Assembly: GCA_963663165.1 (NCBI GenBank)
Contig: OY760175.1
Location: 2,272,001 to 2,336,000, forward strand
DNA from: an uncultured Desulfospira sp.
Lineage (GTDB): Bacteria; Desulfobacterota; Desulfobacteria; Desulfobacterales; Desulfobacteraceae
DNA: 64,000 nucleotides
Direction: 5' to 3'
Below are positions 10,749 through 21,339 of the stretch, piece after piece. The position numbers were made by a program, and so were the translations under genes. Numbering within the stretch: the first letter of the stretch is position 1; each line of letters opens with the position of its first letter. The notes below the pieces were generated by a model, which searched no databases, was not told the DNA's origin, and worked only from the letters and a program-made list of their open reading frames with translations.

Positions 10749-11786
10749 ATGAAACTTAAATCCTTCTTTAACTTTGCATTGTGTGCGGTTGCCGCAGCGG
10801 CTTTCACGATGGGTCAGCCCGGATCCGCATCTGCTGACGTTACCATTACCGGTGCCGGCGCAAGCTTTCCGGCCCCCATCTATACCGAATGGTTCAAAGA
10901 CTTTGCCAAAGTGACCAACGGTGAAATTAAAGTCAACTACCAGTCCATCGGTTCCGGTTCCGGCATCAAAAACTTCATCGGCCATACCGTTGATTTCGGT
11001 GCCAGTGACGCTGCCATGAAACAAAGTGAAATTGATCAGGTCAAAGAAGGCGTGCAGCTGCTGCCCATGACCGCCGGTGCAATTGTTATTGCCTACAACC
11101 TGCCTGACGTCAAAGCGCTCAAACTGCCCCGGGACGTTTATCCCGAAATCTTTTTAGGCAAAATCACCAAATGGAATGATCCCAAAATTGCTGCTGCCAA
11201 CCCCGGCGTTAACCTGCCGGACACCCCCATCACCGTTGTTGTCCGCTCCGACAAATCCGGCACCACCTTTGGTTTCACCGGTCACTTAAGCGCTATTTCT
11301 CCTGACTTCAAAGCCGCTGTAGGCCAGGGCAAAATGGTTCAGTGGCCCGCCGAAAACATGGTCAAGGGCAAAAAGAACGACGGCGTGTCTTCTGCCATCC
11401 GCCAGACCCCCGGCGCCATCGGATACACCGAATACGGGTTTGCCAAGCTGAACCAACTGCCCATGGCATGCCTTGAAAATGCTGCCGGCAAGTTTGTCTG
11501 CCCCGGTCCCGAGGGCGGTGCTGCTGCACTGGCCAACGCGGTTCTGCCGGATAACATGATCGTGTTCATCAATGACCCTGCAGGTGACGACTCTTACCCC
11601 ATTGCCACCTTCACCTGGATGCTGTTCTACAAGAAAAACAAAGATCCTGAAACCGCCGCAGCCTTGCGTAAAATGGTTGAGTACTGCCTGGATGAAGGAC
11701 AGAAAATTGCCGATAAGGCCGGATACATCCCCCTTCCTGCAAGTGTTGTAGAAAAGGTTCGGGCGGCTTCTGCAAACATCCAATAA
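10749..11786 (+). CDS. pstS: Phosphate ABC transporter substrate-binding protein
   Basis: Signal peptide, GAGASFPAPIY, YQSIGSGSG, VDFGASD, RSDKSGTT. Confidence 0.97.
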   Translation: MKLKSFFNFALCAVAAAAFTMGQPGSASADVTITGAGASFPAPIYTEWFKDFAKVTNGEIKVNYQSIGSGSGIKNFIGHTVDFGASDAAMKQSEIDQVKEGVQLLPMTAGAIVIAYNLPDVKALKLPRDVYPEIFLGKITKWNDPKIAAANPGVNLPDTPITVVVRSDKSGTTFGFTGHLSAISPDFKAAVGQGKMVQWPAENMVKGKKNDGVSSAIRQTPGAIGYTEYGFAKLNQLPMACLENAAGKFVCPGPEGGAAALANAVLPDNMIVFINDPAGDDSYPIATFTWMLFYKKNKDPETAAALRKMVEYCLDEGQKIADKAGYIPLPASVVEKVRAASANIQ

Positions 11787-11807
11787 GAACCACCCTCTTT
11801 TTTGATG

Positions 11808-11836
11808 CAGGGCACTCTTTTATCAAGAGTGCCCTG
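11808..11836 (+). terminator. Intercistronic hairpin between pstS and pstC
   Basis: cagggcactctt / aagagtgccctg perfect 12-bp stem followed by a T-rich tract. Confidence 0.6.
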
Positions 11837-11859
11837 TTTATTCTCTGGAGACTAAACAT

Positions 11860-12840
11860 ATGGCCGATAACACCAAATCCCTGGGTAATGCAGGCGGCAG
11901 AACCTTATCCAAGCCGCCTACCCCGGGGGATATTTTTTTTGACAAATCATTCAGGTTTCTGACCCATGCCTTTACCTGGGGAACCATTGTCCTGCTGGCA
12001 TTTATTGTATACAAAATCGGTGGGAAGGCCCTGCCCTATTTCCCGGATCTGGGAATCAAGTTCCTGTTCACCTCCACCTGGGATTCAGGGGCCGAGCAAT
12101 TCGGAATTCTTCCCCAGATCTGGGGGACCTTGTACAGTTCTTTTCTTGCCCTCATCCTGGGCGGATTCTTCGGCATCACCATTGCCATTTTTGTGACCCA
12201 GGATTTTCTTCCCCATAAATTAGAACTGATTTTAAAAAATATCATTGAACTGCTGGCCGCCATCCCCAGTGTTGTTTACGGGTTATGGGGCATCTATGTC
12301 CTGGTGCCGCTGATCCGGCCCCTGGCCAATTTCCTGCACGATCACTTAGGCTTTATCCCCTTTTTCTCCACACGGCTTTCAGGCCTTGGGCTGCTTCCGG
12401 CGGGCCTGGTCCTGGCCATCATGATTCTGCCCACAGTGGCCGCCATCTCCCAGGATGCCTTCAGGGCCATTCCCCATAAAACCAAAGAAGCCGCTTTCGG
12501 CATGGGAACCACCCGGTGGGAAGCCATCCTCAGGGTCATGCTGCCCACCGCCGGCGGCGGTATTTTCGGCGCCCTGGTCCTGGGGTTCGGACGGGCGTTA
12601 GGGGAAACCATGGCCCTGGCCATGCTGGTGGGCAGTATGAACACGGTGACCCTGTCCATCTTCTCTCCGGCGGATACCATTGCCGCCCTTCTGGCCAACA
12701 CCTTCCCGGAAGCCGACGTGGGACTTGAAACCGGCGCCCTCATGTATGCCGCCTGTGTCCTGTTGATCATCACCCTGATCGTTAATATTGCCGGCGCCCT
12801 CATTGTTGCCAAAGCCACACCGGGAGGAGAAAAAAGATGA
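11860..12840 (+). CDS. pstC: Phosphate ABC transporter permease
   Basis: ELLAAIPSVVYGLWG, GRALGETMA; operon position. Confidence 0.96.
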   Translation: MADNTKSLGNAGGRTLSKPPTPGDIFFDKSFRFLTHAFTWGTIVLLAFIVYKIGGKALPYFPDLGIKFLFTSTWDSGAEQFGILPQIWGTLYSSFLALILGGFFGITIAIFVTQDFLPHKLELILKNIIELLAAIPSVVYGLWGIYVLVPLIRPLANFLHDHLGFIPFFSTRLSGLGLLPAGLVLAIMILPTVAAISQDAFRAIPHKTKEAAFGMGTTRWEAILRVMLPTAGGGIFGALVLGFGRALGETMALAMLVGSMNTVTLSIFSPADTIAALLANTFPEADVGLETGALMYAACVLLIITLIVNIAGALIVAKATPGGEKR

Positions 12841-13709
12841 GCCAGTATCAACTGCCGAACCTGGAGCGCCAGCCTATGGAGCCCAGGGCTTTAAAATCCA
12901 TTGTTTTAAGCGCCATTACCATTGCCTGTGCCATCACCGCATGTATTCCCTTGTTTTCGGTTCTCATCATGCTGCTGTACCGGGGGGGCAGACGGTTAAC
13001 CCTTGAACTTTTCTACACCCTGCCGCCCGGCGCCTTTGATGCCCCCGGGGTCGGGGGATTCGGCAATGCCATTCTCGGCACGGCATTTATGGTCGGCATT
13101 GCCGGCCTGATCAGTATTCCTTTCGGGATTCTGGCCGCCATTTTCCTGGCAGAACTCGGGCCTTACAGCAAGGTGGCCAATGTCGCCAGATTCTGCGCCA
13201 AGACCATGACCGGTCTGCCCTCCATCATTGCCGGGGTTTTTGCCTATGCCATTGTTGTGCTTGCCATGGGCCACTACTCCGCCTGGGCAGGGGGCATTGC
13301 CTTGTCATTGCTCATGATCCCCGTGGTCATGCTCACCGCTGAGGAAGCCATAAAAATGGTCCCCAACCCCATGCGGGAAGCGGCCTACGGCATGGGATGC
13401 ACCCCCACCCAGAGCCTGCTCAAAGTCATTTTGCCCGTGGCCATGCCCGGCATCATTACCGGTGTGGTCCTTGCCGTGGCCAGGGCTGCCGGGGAGACAG
13501 CGCCCCTGTTGTTTACAGCGCTGTTTTCAGAAAGCTGGCTGGCCCCCAATGAGCCCACAGCGTCCCTTGCCGTGTTAATCTACAACTGGTCGTCCAGCCC
13601 CTATGAAAACCTCATAGAGCTGGCCTGGGCCGCATCGCTCATTCTGGTTATCCTGGTATTTGTCCTCAACATTGTCAGCCGTATCCTGGGGGGCAAAACC
13701 AAAATATAG
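12837..13709 (+). CDS. pstA: Phosphate ABC transporter permease
   Basis: GLPSIIAG, ARAAGETAPLLFT; ATGA overlap with pstC. Confidence 0.96.
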   Translation: MSQYQLPNLERQPMEPRALKSIVLSAITIACAITACIPLFSVLIMLLYRGGRRLTLELFYTLPPGAFDAPGVGGFGNAILGTAFMVGIAGLISIPFGILAAIFLAELGPYSKVANVARFCAKTMTGLPSIIAGVFAYAIVVLAMGHYSAWAGGIALSLLMIPVVMLTAEEAIKMVPNPMREAAYGMGCTPTQSLLKVILPVAMPGIITGVVLAVARAAGETAPLLFTALFSESWLAPNEPTASLAVLIYNWSSSPYENLIELAWAASLILVILVFVLNIVSRILGGKTKI

Positions 13710-13836
13710 GCCATCCCCTAAAGGGTGGAAACCGGGCCGCCCTGACGGTTAAGGGCATGCCCGCAACGGATATTGAAAGCAAATGGCTGCCGGCCAAGGG
13801 CTGACAGCTTATACGAATAAGGGAGTATAAACGCTC

Positions 13837-14664
13837 ATGGAAGAATTAAAAGAAGTGGATGCCAACGAAGCCTATGACAATGACCTGCCGGCAGACGTGG
13901 CATTGGACTGTAAAGCAGAACAGATTTATTACACCGACTTTCTGGCGGTCCGGGACAGCCATGTGCCCATCAAACGAAACCAGATCACCGGGTTTATCGG
14001 GCCTTCGGGCTGCGGTAAAAGTACGGTGCTCAAAAGCATCAACCGGATGAACGACCTGATCCGCGGGTTCCGCTTTGTGGGGGATGTTCATTTTCACGGG
14101 ATCAACATTTATGATAAAAATATTGACCCGGTATCGGTCCGCCGGAACATCGGCATGGTGTTCCAGCAGCCCAACCCCTTTTCCATGTCTATTTTTGACA
14201 ACGTGGCCTTTGGCCTGCGGCTGAACCGTTACAAAGGCAACATGCACGAAAAAGTGGAAAAGGCCCTTAAGGGTGCGGCCCTGTGGAAAGAGGTGAAAGA
14301 CAAACTTAAAAACAACGGGCTGTCCCTGTCCGGCGGCCAGCAGCAGCGGCTTTGCATTGCCAGGGCCATTGCCACGGAACCCCGGGTCCTTCTCATGGAC
14401 GAGCCCTGTTCCGCCCTTGACCCCATTGCCACCCGGCAGATCGAAGAACTCATGGTGGCACTCAAAGAACGGTTTACCGTTGCCATCGTGACCCATAACA
14501 TGCAGCAGGCGGTCCGGGTGGCCGACCAGACCGCGTTCTTTGCTGTGGACATTTCAAAAGGCGGCCGGACCGGCTACCTGGTTGAAATGGGCCCCACCAA
14601 AGAACTGTTTGAAAACCCCCAGGAAGAACTGACCAAAGAGTACCTCCAGGGCGAGTTCTCCTGA
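13837..14664 (+). CDS. pstB: Phosphate ABC transporter ATPase
   Basis: [40 protein letters not shown]. Confidence 0.97.
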   Translation: MEELKEVDANEAYDNDLPADVALDCKAEQIYYTDFLAVRDSHVPIKRNQITGFIGPSGCGKSTVLKSINRMNDLIRGFRFVGDVHFHGINIYDKNIDPVSVRRNIGMVFQQPNPFSMSIFDNVAFGLRLNRYKGNMHEKVEKALKGAALWKEVKDKLKNNGLSLSGGQQQRLCIARAIATEPRVLLMDEPCSALDPIATRQIEELMVALKERFTVAIVTHNMQQAVRVADQTAFFAVDISKGGRTGYLVEMGPTKELFENPQEELTKEYLQGEFS

Positions 14665-14693
14665 TTTTTGTTTCATTGCCATCTCTCCTGTCC

Positions 14694-14745
14694 AACGGGC
14701 CTGGATGGTTACCGGTTTTGGTAACCATCCGGGCCTGTTTATTTT
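14694..14745 (+). terminator. Intrinsic terminator after pstB
   Basis: aacgggcctggatggttacc / ggtaaccatccgggcctgtt stem with T-rich tail. Confidence 0.7.
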
Positions 14746-14773
14746 GTTCTAAAAGAATAAAGTTTAAAAAAAA

Positions 14774-14850
14774 TGGACTTTGGATATGGGACTTGGGGAT
14801 TGCCGTATCCATGGCCTCCCCAAGTCCCAAGTCCCATATCCCAAGTCCCA
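14774..14850. repeat. Inverted heptamer repeat (TGGGACT / AGTCCCA units)
   Basis: tggactttggatatgggacttgggga ... tccccaagtcccaagtcccatatcccaagtccca. Confidence 0.75.
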
Positions 14851-15072
14851 ATTTTATACATTATATAAACTCCCCCCCCCCCTGCAAGTCACACGGCATT
14901 GCCCTGAAAAAATTTCCCCCTGAAATTGACCTGAACAAAGGCCTTTGGTATATAGATTGATCCGGGCCGGAAACCTGTGAATGCACAAAATTTATCCGGC
15001 GGTTAAACGGAACAAAATGCCCCGCAACGGCTGGGAGCAAAATTTTTACCCAAGCGGATTTTCCCTGACAAC

Positions 15073-16746
15073 ATGTCATATCAAGTACTTGCCAGAAAAT
15101 ACCGGCCCCAGACATTTGAGGATGTCCTCGGGCAGGCCCATGTGACCCAGACCCTGGCCAACGCCATTTCAGCGGACCGGGTGGCCCATGCCATTTTGTT
15201 TACCGGGCCCAGGGGAACGGGAAAAACCACCATTGCAAGGATTATGGCCAAGGCCATGAACTGTGTTGAAGGGCCCACCCCGACCCCCTGCAACCAGTGT
15301 AGCATCTGTAAAGACATCATCCAGGGCCATTGTTCCGACGTATTTGAAATTGACGGGGCCTCCAACAACAGCGTGGACCAGATCCGGGAACTTAGAGAAA
15401 ACGTGGCCTACATGCCGTCGGCCGCACCTTATAAGATCTACATTATCGATGAGGTGCATATGCTGTCCACGGCCGCCTTTAACGCCCTGCTCAAAACCCT
15501 GGAAGAGCCGCCTTCCCATGTGATGTTCATCTTTGCCACCACGGAAGTCCACAAAATCCCGGCCACTATTCTGTCCCGGTGCCAGCGCCATGATCTGGGC
15601 CGGATTCCCCTGGCCGACATCTCAGATCATTTAAACAAGCTCTGCACCATGGAAGGATTTTCCGTGGACCGGGAGGGGCTTGACATTATTGCCATGGAGG
15701 CGGATGGGTCTGTGCGGGATTCCTTAAGCCTGCTGGACCGGATCCTGTCCTCCTCCGACGCAACCACCATTACCCGGGAACACCTGGTGGACCGGTTGGG
15801 GGTCCCGGACAGAAAACTGTTGTTTAACACGGCATCGGCCATTTTTAACAGGGACGGGGCTGCCCTTCTTGACATTGTGGAAAAAGTGGACGATTCCGGC
15901 CTTGATTTAAAAAAATTCTATGCCGACATTATCCTTCATTTCCGTAATCTAAACGTTATCCGGCTGTGCGGCCCCGAACATGCGCCGGTCAACCTGGCCG
16001 ATACGGAAAAAAAGCAGATTTCAGACCTGGTGTCGGGATTTTCTGAAAATTATCTGGGCACGCTGCTGGCCACCCTGTTAAAGGAAGAATCCATTATTAA
16101 ATTTTCTTCCCACACCCGGACCGCCATGGAGATGATCCTGCTCAAAACACTCAGGATCCGGCCCAATGCAGATCTTGACCAGGTGATCCTTCGCCTGGAC
16201 ACCCTGGCCAGATCCATTGAAAATATGCCGGTGCCGGCGGCCGCCACGCCTGAACCAGGCTATCAGGCCGTCCAAAGCCCGCCGCCCGTTCCCCAGGAAG
16301 GCCGGTGCCAGGCAGCACCCCCTTTTTCCCCGGCTCCCCCGCCGCCTGTACCGGAGCCCCCCAATGTAACCGCCCCCCCGGCACCTGCCCCGGTTCCCCC
16401 CCAACGGACCTGGCAGGGCTTTTTAAAAGAAATCGAACAGCACCTGCCCTTTATCCACGCCCTGATGGTAAAGGCGAAGGTCAAGGAGCCCGATGACAGC
16501 CACATTCTGGTGGAACTTGAAAACTGCTCAGCCTTTGATAAATCCAGGCTGGAAAACAAAAGAAAAGAACTCATTGACCTTTGCCGGAACTTTTTGGGAA
16601 AAACCCTGAACTTTAACATTGTTTCTGAAAACAGCCCGGTCATTGAACACCAGAAAAACCACGAGGATATTAAAGTGAAACAGGCTGCCTTTGGGCATCC
16701 TTTGGTACAGGAGGCCATAAGGATCTTTGACGGAGAGATAATATAA
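15073..16746 (+). CDS. dnaX: DNA polymerase III subunit gamma/tau
   Basis: LARKYRPQTF, GPRGTGKTT, Zn module, IIDEVHMLS, AFNALLKTLEEPP, SRC; Pro-rich linker. Confidence 0.97.
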   Translation: MSYQVLARKYRPQTFEDVLGQAHVTQTLANAISADRVAHAILFTGPRGTGKTTIARIMAKAMNCVEGPTPTPCNQCSICKDIIQGHCSDVFEIDGASNNSVDQIRELRENVAYMPSAAPYKIYIIDEVHMLSTAAFNALLKTLEEPPSHVMFIFATTEVHKIPATILSRCQRHDLGRIPLADISDHLNKLCTMEGFSVDREGLDIIAMEADGSVRDSLSLLDRILSSSDATTITREHLVDRLGVPDRKLLFNTASAIFNRDGAALLDIVEKVDDSGLDLKKFYADIILHFRNLNVIRLCGPEHAPVNLADTEKKQISDLVSGFSENYLGTLLATLLKEESIIKFSSHTRTAMEMILLKTLRIRPNADLDQVILRLDTLARSIENMPVPAAATPEPGYQAVQSPPPVPQEGRCQAAPPFSPAPPPPVPEPPNVTAPPAPAPVPPQRTWQGFLKEIEQHLPFIHALMVKAKVKEPDDSHILVELENCSAFDKSRLENKRKELIDLCRNFLGKTLNFNIVSENSPVIEHQKNHEDIKVKQAAFGHPLVQEAIRIFDGEII

Positions 16747-16830
16747 GCTGTTAGCTGTTAGCTTTCAGCCTTTAGCTTAAAGGAAAGTTACACCCAGCTA
16801 AAAGCTAATGGCTAACAGCGAAAAGCTAAT
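16744..16830. repeat. Degenerate inverted heptamer repeats (TTAGCTG / CAGCTAA type)
   Basis: taagctgttagctgttagctttcagcctttagc ... cagctaaaagctaatggctaacagcgaaaagctaa. Confidence 0.7.
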
Positions 16831-16848
16831 AAATAAGGAGATAATAAA

Positions 16849-17157
16849 ATGAGAAATATGAACAATATGATGAAACAGGCCCAGAAGCTTCAAAAGAAAA
16901 TGCTCAAGACCCAGGAGGAACTGGTTTTGAAAACTGTTGAAGCCTCGGCCGGCGGCGGCATGGTCAAAGTGGTGGCCAATGGCGGGCAGAAAATTGAATC
17001 CATTGTCCTTGAAAAAGAGGTGGTGGACCCCGAAGATGTGGAAATGCTCCAGGATTTGATTCAGGCCGCCGTTAACGATGCCCTGAACAAGGCCCAGGAA
17101 ATGGTTTCCGCTGAAATGAACAAACTGACCGGCGGCCTGAATATTCCGGGCCTCTGA
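16849..17157 (+). CDS. ybaB: YbaB/EbfC nucleoid-associated protein
   Basis: [26 protein letters not shown]; lies between dnaX and recR. Confidence 0.95.
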   Translation: MRNMNNMMKQAQKLQKKMLKTQEELVLKTVEASAGGGMVKVVANGGQKIESIVLEKEVVDPEDVEMLQDLIQAAVNDALNKAQEMVSAEMNKLTGGLNIPGL

Positions 17158-17167
17158 TTTTTATACT

Positions 17168-17767
17168 GTGAACCACTACCCTGAAGCCATTATAAAGCTG
17201 ATCAACAGCCTTTGCACCCTTCCCGGGATCGGGCAGAAAACAGCAGAACGCCTGGCCCTTCACCTGCTTTATGCCCCGGACCGCGAGTCGGCTGATATGG
17301 CAAAGGCCATTACAGAGCTGAAACAAAAGGTAAAGACCTGTTCCACCTGTTTTAATCTAAGCGACCATGATACCTGCGCCATCTGCAACGACCCGTCAAG
17401 GGATCCTTCCATCATCTGCGTGGTGGAAAATCCCGCAGACATGGCCGTAATTGAAAAATCAAACGCTTTTTTGGGCACCTACCATATCCTGGGAGGGGTC
17501 CTGTCCCCCATTGACGGGATCGGGCCTGATGACATCAGGCTGTCGGAACTCTTTGACCGGGCAGACCCAAACAAAATCAAAGAAATTATTCTAGCCCTGC
17601 GGACCAACGTTGAAGGGGAGGCCACGGCCACCTATATTTGCGACCGCCTGAAAAAAAGAAAGATCAGGATCACCCGGATTGCTTCGGGGGTCCCTTTGGG
17701 TGAAGACTTAAAATATGTGGACCCCTTGACCATGCAAAAGGCCATGGAAAAAAGATATGGATTCTAA
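17168..17767 (+). CDS. recR: Recombination mediator RecR
   Basis: LPGIGQKTAERLA HhH, C4 zinc finger, LGGVLSPIDGIGP, EGEATA. Confidence 0.97.
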   Translation: MNHYPEAIIKLINSLCTLPGIGQKTAERLALHLLYAPDRESADMAKAITELKQKVKTCSTCFNLSDHDTCAICNDPSRDPSIICVVENPADMAVIEKSNAFLGTYHILGGVLSPIDGIGPDDIRLSELFDRADPNKIKEIILALRTNVEGEATATYICDRLKKRKIRITRIASGVPLGEDLKYVDPLTMQKAMEKRYGF

Positions 17768-18164
17768 GTGTCAGACCGCTGAAGATATTTTTCAATGCAA
17801 ACTTTGCGGGGAATGCTGCCGGGGATTTGGCGGCACCTATGTTACGGATGAGGATATCCGTAACATTGCCTGTTTCATCGGGACCGATCCCGCTATGTTT
17901 GTGAATGAGTACTGCGACATGGCCGGGTCAAAGCCCGTGTTAACCCAAGGCGAAAACGAAAAGTGCATTTTCTTTAATGACAGCCGCCAATGCACCATCC
18001 ACCCGGTCAAACCCTATATGTGCCGGGCCTGGCCCTTTATCAAGACCATTATTAAAAACCCGGAAAACTGGGATGCCATGGCCGGGGCCTGCCCGGGCAT
18101 GAAAAAAGGGGTTCCCCATAAAGATCTGATTCGGATCACCACCCTTGAACTGGAAAAATTATAG
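17757..18164 (+). CDS. YkgJ family cysteine-cluster protein
   Basis: FQCKLCGECC ... CIF ... CTIHPVKPYMCRAWPF ... CPG. Confidence 0.85.
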   Translation: MDSKCQTAEDIFQCKLCGECCRGFGGTYVTDEDIRNIACFIGTDPAMFVNEYCDMAGSKPVLTQGENEKCIFFNDSRQCTIHPVKPYMCRAWPFIKTIIKNPENWDAMAGACPGMKKGVPHKDLIRITTLELEKL

Positions 18165-18172
18165 GCGTTTAG

Positions 18173-18242
18173 GATGAAGGATGAAGGCTAAAGGCTAAAG
18201 GCTAAAGGCTAAAGGCTAAAGGCTAAAGGCTAAAGGCTAAAG
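18173..18242. repeat. Tandem heptamer array (GATGAAG)2(GCTAAAG)8
   Basis: Eight perfect GCTAAAG copies at 18187-18242, between convergent genes. Confidence 0.95.
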
Positions 18243-18323
18243 GAATTTAGACCAAAGACAGACAGGCTGCAAGACCATAACGGCACTTTATTTACAACCC
18301 CTCTTGTTTCTTGTTTCCAGTCT

Positions 18324-19145
18324 CTAGTTTCTTGCTTTCATATCATTAAACTGCCGGGCAATACTGTCCCGTTCATAGACGATTTCAACCCGCCGGTTCC
18401 GGGCACGGCCCATGGCCGTGTCATTGGTGGCCACCGGGTGGTAATGGGCATACCCTTCAGCAGAAATATACTGGGGCGGCACCCCGTTGGCCACTAAAAG
18501 ACGGACTACGGTAGACGCCCGGGCCGCTGATAATTCCCAGTTTGACGGATAAATGGAAGAGGAAATAGGAGAACTGTCGGTATGGCCCTTTACCTTGACA
18601 TGATAGGCCAGGCGCGACAGTACAGCCGCTACTTTTTTTAAGATATCCAGCCCTTTTTCAGACAGCCGCGTGCCCCCCCTGTCAAACAGCAGAAGATCCG
18701 ACATGGTGATCACCACCCCTTCCTCGGTTTTCACCACGCTCACCTCTCCGCCAAGTTTGTTGAACAGGACCAGTTCGCGCACCTCGGAAACGATGTCTTC
18801 CATCTCTTTTTCAATCATCCCCCCCATCTCATCAATCTGCTGTTCCTGTGAGGGTTCTTCAGAAGGAACCGGGTGCATGGTCAAGCCTTCCCGGGTGCCG
18901 GACTCGGGAACAGACTGGGCCCCTAAGGCACTGCGTAATGAGGTGACCAGTTCCTTATAGGTTTCCTGCTGGGTGGTACTCATGGCAAACAAAAGCACAA
19001 AAAAGCACATTAGAAGGGTAACCAGATCCGCAAAGGTGGCCATCCATTCAGGCGCACCCCCGCCTTCGTCCTTTTTCCCCTCATCTTCCGGGGGCGGTGC
19101 TAACCCGCCGCTCTCCTGTTCGTCTGCTGCGTTGTCTTCAGCCAT
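18324..19145 (-). CDS. motB: Flagellar stator protein MotB/PomB
   Basis: WMATFADLVTLLMCFFVLLFAMS TM; OmpA-like domain GHTD...NWELSAARA...RNRRVEI. Confidence 0.95.
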   Translation of the reverse strand: MAEDNAADEQESGGLAPPPEDEGKKDEGGGAPEWMATFADLVTLLMCFFVLLFAMSTTQQETYKELVTSLRSALGAQSVPESGTREGLTMHPVPSEEPSQEQQIDEMGGMIEKEMEDIVSEVRELVLFNKLGGEVSVVKTEEGVVITMSDLLLFDRGGTRLSEKGLDILKKVAAVLSRLAYHVKVKGHTDSSPISSSIYPSNWELSAARASTVVRLLVANGVPPQYISAEGYAHYHPVATNDTAMGRARNRRVEIVYERDSIARQFNDMKARN

Positions 19146-19152
19146 AGGTTAT

Positions 19153-19920
19153 CTACTCTTTACCTTTGTCGCCACCCTTGCCGCCGGCCAGGTATACATT
19201 GAGCTTATCTTCCATGAGTTTGGGATGTTCCCCCTCTCTGATGGAAATAATGCCCTCAAAAATAATATTCATATTGGTCACTTCTTCCTCAGCCCGGCCG
19301 TTGAGCTTGTCGGCCATGGGAATAAAAAACAAATTGGCCATAACCGCCCCGTAAAACGTGGTAATCATGGCCACGGCCATTTTAGGGCCGATGGAAGACG
19401 GGTCATCCAGGTTGGCCAGCATCTGAACCAGGCCGATCAGGGTCCCGATCATGCCGAATGCCGGGGCATAGGAACCCATGGATGAAAACAGGGCTGATCC
19501 GGTCTCCAGCCGTTTTTTGGTCAGGGACATCTTTTTTTGCATGATGGCGGCAATGTCCCCTGTTTTTACCCCGTCCACGGTCATCTGAAGGGCCTGGGCC
19601 AGGTAAGGGTCCGACGTGGACTGAATATCACCTTCTATGGACAGCAGCCCCCCTTTCCGGGCTTTGTTGGATATTTCCACCAGGTTGGCAATGATGTCTT
19701 CGGCCTTTTCAATTTTAAACATAAAGACCCGCATCCCGTTTTTAAACAGTCCCATGATGTCCGATAGCGGAAAGCCGATCATTGTGGCCGCAATGGTCCC
19801 GCCCACAACTATGAGGATGGAAGGAATGTTGACAAACATCATAATACTGCCGCCGAGCAGGATGGTTCCCAGTACAAACCCCATTCCGGAAACAACACCG
19901 ATAACCGAGGAAATATCCAT
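19153..19920 (-). CDS. motA: Flagellar stator protein MotA/PomA
   Basis: APAFGMIGTLIGLVQML, MAVAMITTFYG; adjacent to motB. Confidence 0.95.
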   Translation of the reverse strand: MDISSVIGVVSGMGFVLGTILLGGSIMMFVNIPSILIVVGGTIAATMIGFPLSDIMGLFKNGMRVFMFKIEKAEDIIANLVEISNKARKGGLLSIEGDIQSTSDPYLAQALQMTVDGVKTGDIAAIMQKKMSLTKKRLETGSALFSSMGSYAPAFGMIGTLIGLVQMLANLDDPSSIGPKMAVAMITTFYGAVMANLFFIPMADKLNGRAEEEVTNMNIIFEGIISIREGEHPKLMEDKLNVYLAGGKGGDKGKE

Positions 19921-19923
19921 GTT

Positions 19924-21303
19924 CTAAACCTTTATGTAAATCGTTTCATCAACAGGGTATTCCCTGTTGTACTTTATAATTTTATCAATGGCCTCCTGGG
20001 TCAGAAGGGTGTCGGCGGAAAAAAGCTTGGTTCCCGTGGCCGTAAACAAGGCCGTCCCCAGCCGCATCCCGGGTTCAAGCTGGGCAATGCCGATGCTTCT
20101 GATTTTCCAGGATTCAGCTCCCATATGAAGGACCGCATACTTTTCGAGCCATCCGGCGATCACGGGATCAAGCCTTGCGCCGGCCTCCTGTTCCAGGGCT
20201 TCTAACAGTGCCTCCAAATTGTTGTTGTCTGGATCATCTTTTAATCGTTCAAACACGTCGGCTCCGGCAAGGATTCTGGACAGTAAGGGAATATATCTTT
20301 TTTTTAACCCTTTGGGATAACCTGTCCCGTCTGAATTTTCATTCATGAACCGGATAATCCGGGCGACCCTGGTAAAACAGGTACACTGTTCAATAAGATC
20401 GGCTCCTTTGACCGGATATTGAATTAAAATATCGGCTTGGAGAGCAGATGCCTTGGCCTCCCTCACGGGTTCCGGCATGAACAATAGTCCGATTTCATGA
20501 AGCATACCAGCTTTTCTCAAATCCTCCAACTGATTTTCATCAATCCCCATACCACGGCCGATGTGACAGGCAATATGGGCCACACGTTCACAATGGTTCC
20601 GGTTGGTTTCCACCCTTGTTTTAATCAAGGTGGCCAGGATGTCGACAAAGCCCTTCACATTCTGGTCTAAATCCTGTTTGACCTGGGCCATCTGATTTTT
20701 CATCCGGTCCCGTTCCAGGTTCAGGGCCTGGATCTGTTTTAAGGCATTGTTCAGGCTGGTCTTTTCGCTGATCAGCTCCTGTTTTAAGACGGCCAGCTGC
20801 CCTTTGAACCGGTCCAGGTATGCCAGGGACTTTTCCTGGGTTTGCTGCATGGTGTCCAGCCGCTGAGAAAGATTCTTTTTGTCAAGAAAAGGCGCCAGGG
20901 TCAGCCGGATCTCTTCAGCAGTAAAGGGGCGGATTAAAAATCCATTGTACCCGCTTTCCAGAAGTTCCTGCCGGTGCCTGGCCTCCAAAGCCCTGTCCAG
21001 CACCAGAAAAATTGCCGGAGAAAACATGGCGTTAAGCTGTTTAAGCTGCCCCATACGCTGCTTTGCCCCGGGCATCACCGTGTTTTCAACAAAACTGCCG
21101 CCATCTTCAGGGCTGTTCTCCGTCCGGCCTGCGGCAAAAACAAGAACAATATCCGGCATACCGCCTGAAGCGATTTCGCCAAAGGACGACTCAGGGGCCG
21201 GATAATGGCGAAGGTTAAACCCGTTTTCCTTTGACAGCGGTGTTAAGTCTTCGTTGTCCGGGTTTCCCCCTAAACAGATTAAGGATATCAGATCATTTGA
21301 CAT
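19924..21303 (-). CDS. Degenerate receiver + coiled coil + HD-GYP-like domain protein
   Basis: NHCERVA, AGMLHEIG, NENSDGTGYPKGL, RILAGADVFE. Confidence 0.8.
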   Translation of the reverse strand: MSNDLISLICLGGNPDNEDLTPLSKENGFNLRHYPAPESSFGEIASGGMPDIVLVFAAGRTENSPEDGGSFVENTVMPGAKQRMGQLKQLNAMFSPAIFLVLDRALEARHRQELLESGYNGFLIRPFTAEEIRLTLAPFLDKKNLSQRLDTMQQTQEKSLAYLDRFKGQLAVLKQELISEKTSLNNALKQIQALNLERDRMKNQMAQVKQDLDQNVKGFVDILATLIKTRVETNRNHCERVAHIACHIGRGMGIDENQLEDLRKAGMLHEIGLLFMPEPVREAKASALQADILIQYPVKGADLIEQCTCFTRVARIIRFMNENSDGTGYPKGLKKRYIPLLSRILAGADVFERLKDDPDNNNLEALLEALEQEAGARLDPVIAGWLEKYAVLHMGAESWKIRSIGIAQLEPGMRLGTALFTATGTKLFSADTLLTQEAIDKIIKYNREYPVDETIYIKV

Positions 21304-21339
21304 GGTTTATGTTGACACAGGTTGATATATTTATGATGG

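Noticed and set aside
14860..15072. Possible SRP RNA or tRNA upstream of dnaX, and a tRNA at the island border near 41200-41580
   Set aside because: No SRP core motif or tRNA cloverleaf/T-loop signature was recognisable by eye; the island's left attachment site could not be defined.
16008..16014. In-frame A AAA AAG heptamer in dnaX, the same slippery sequence as in E. coli dnaX
   Set aside because: It falls at codons 312-314, inside the region expected to be the oligomerisation domain, so a shifted product would be too short to be gamma; no clear stimulatory hairpin seen.
18173..18242. Repeat arrays as possible CRISPR
   Set aside because: They are 7-bp tandem units without unique spacers, and no cas genes are present in the window.
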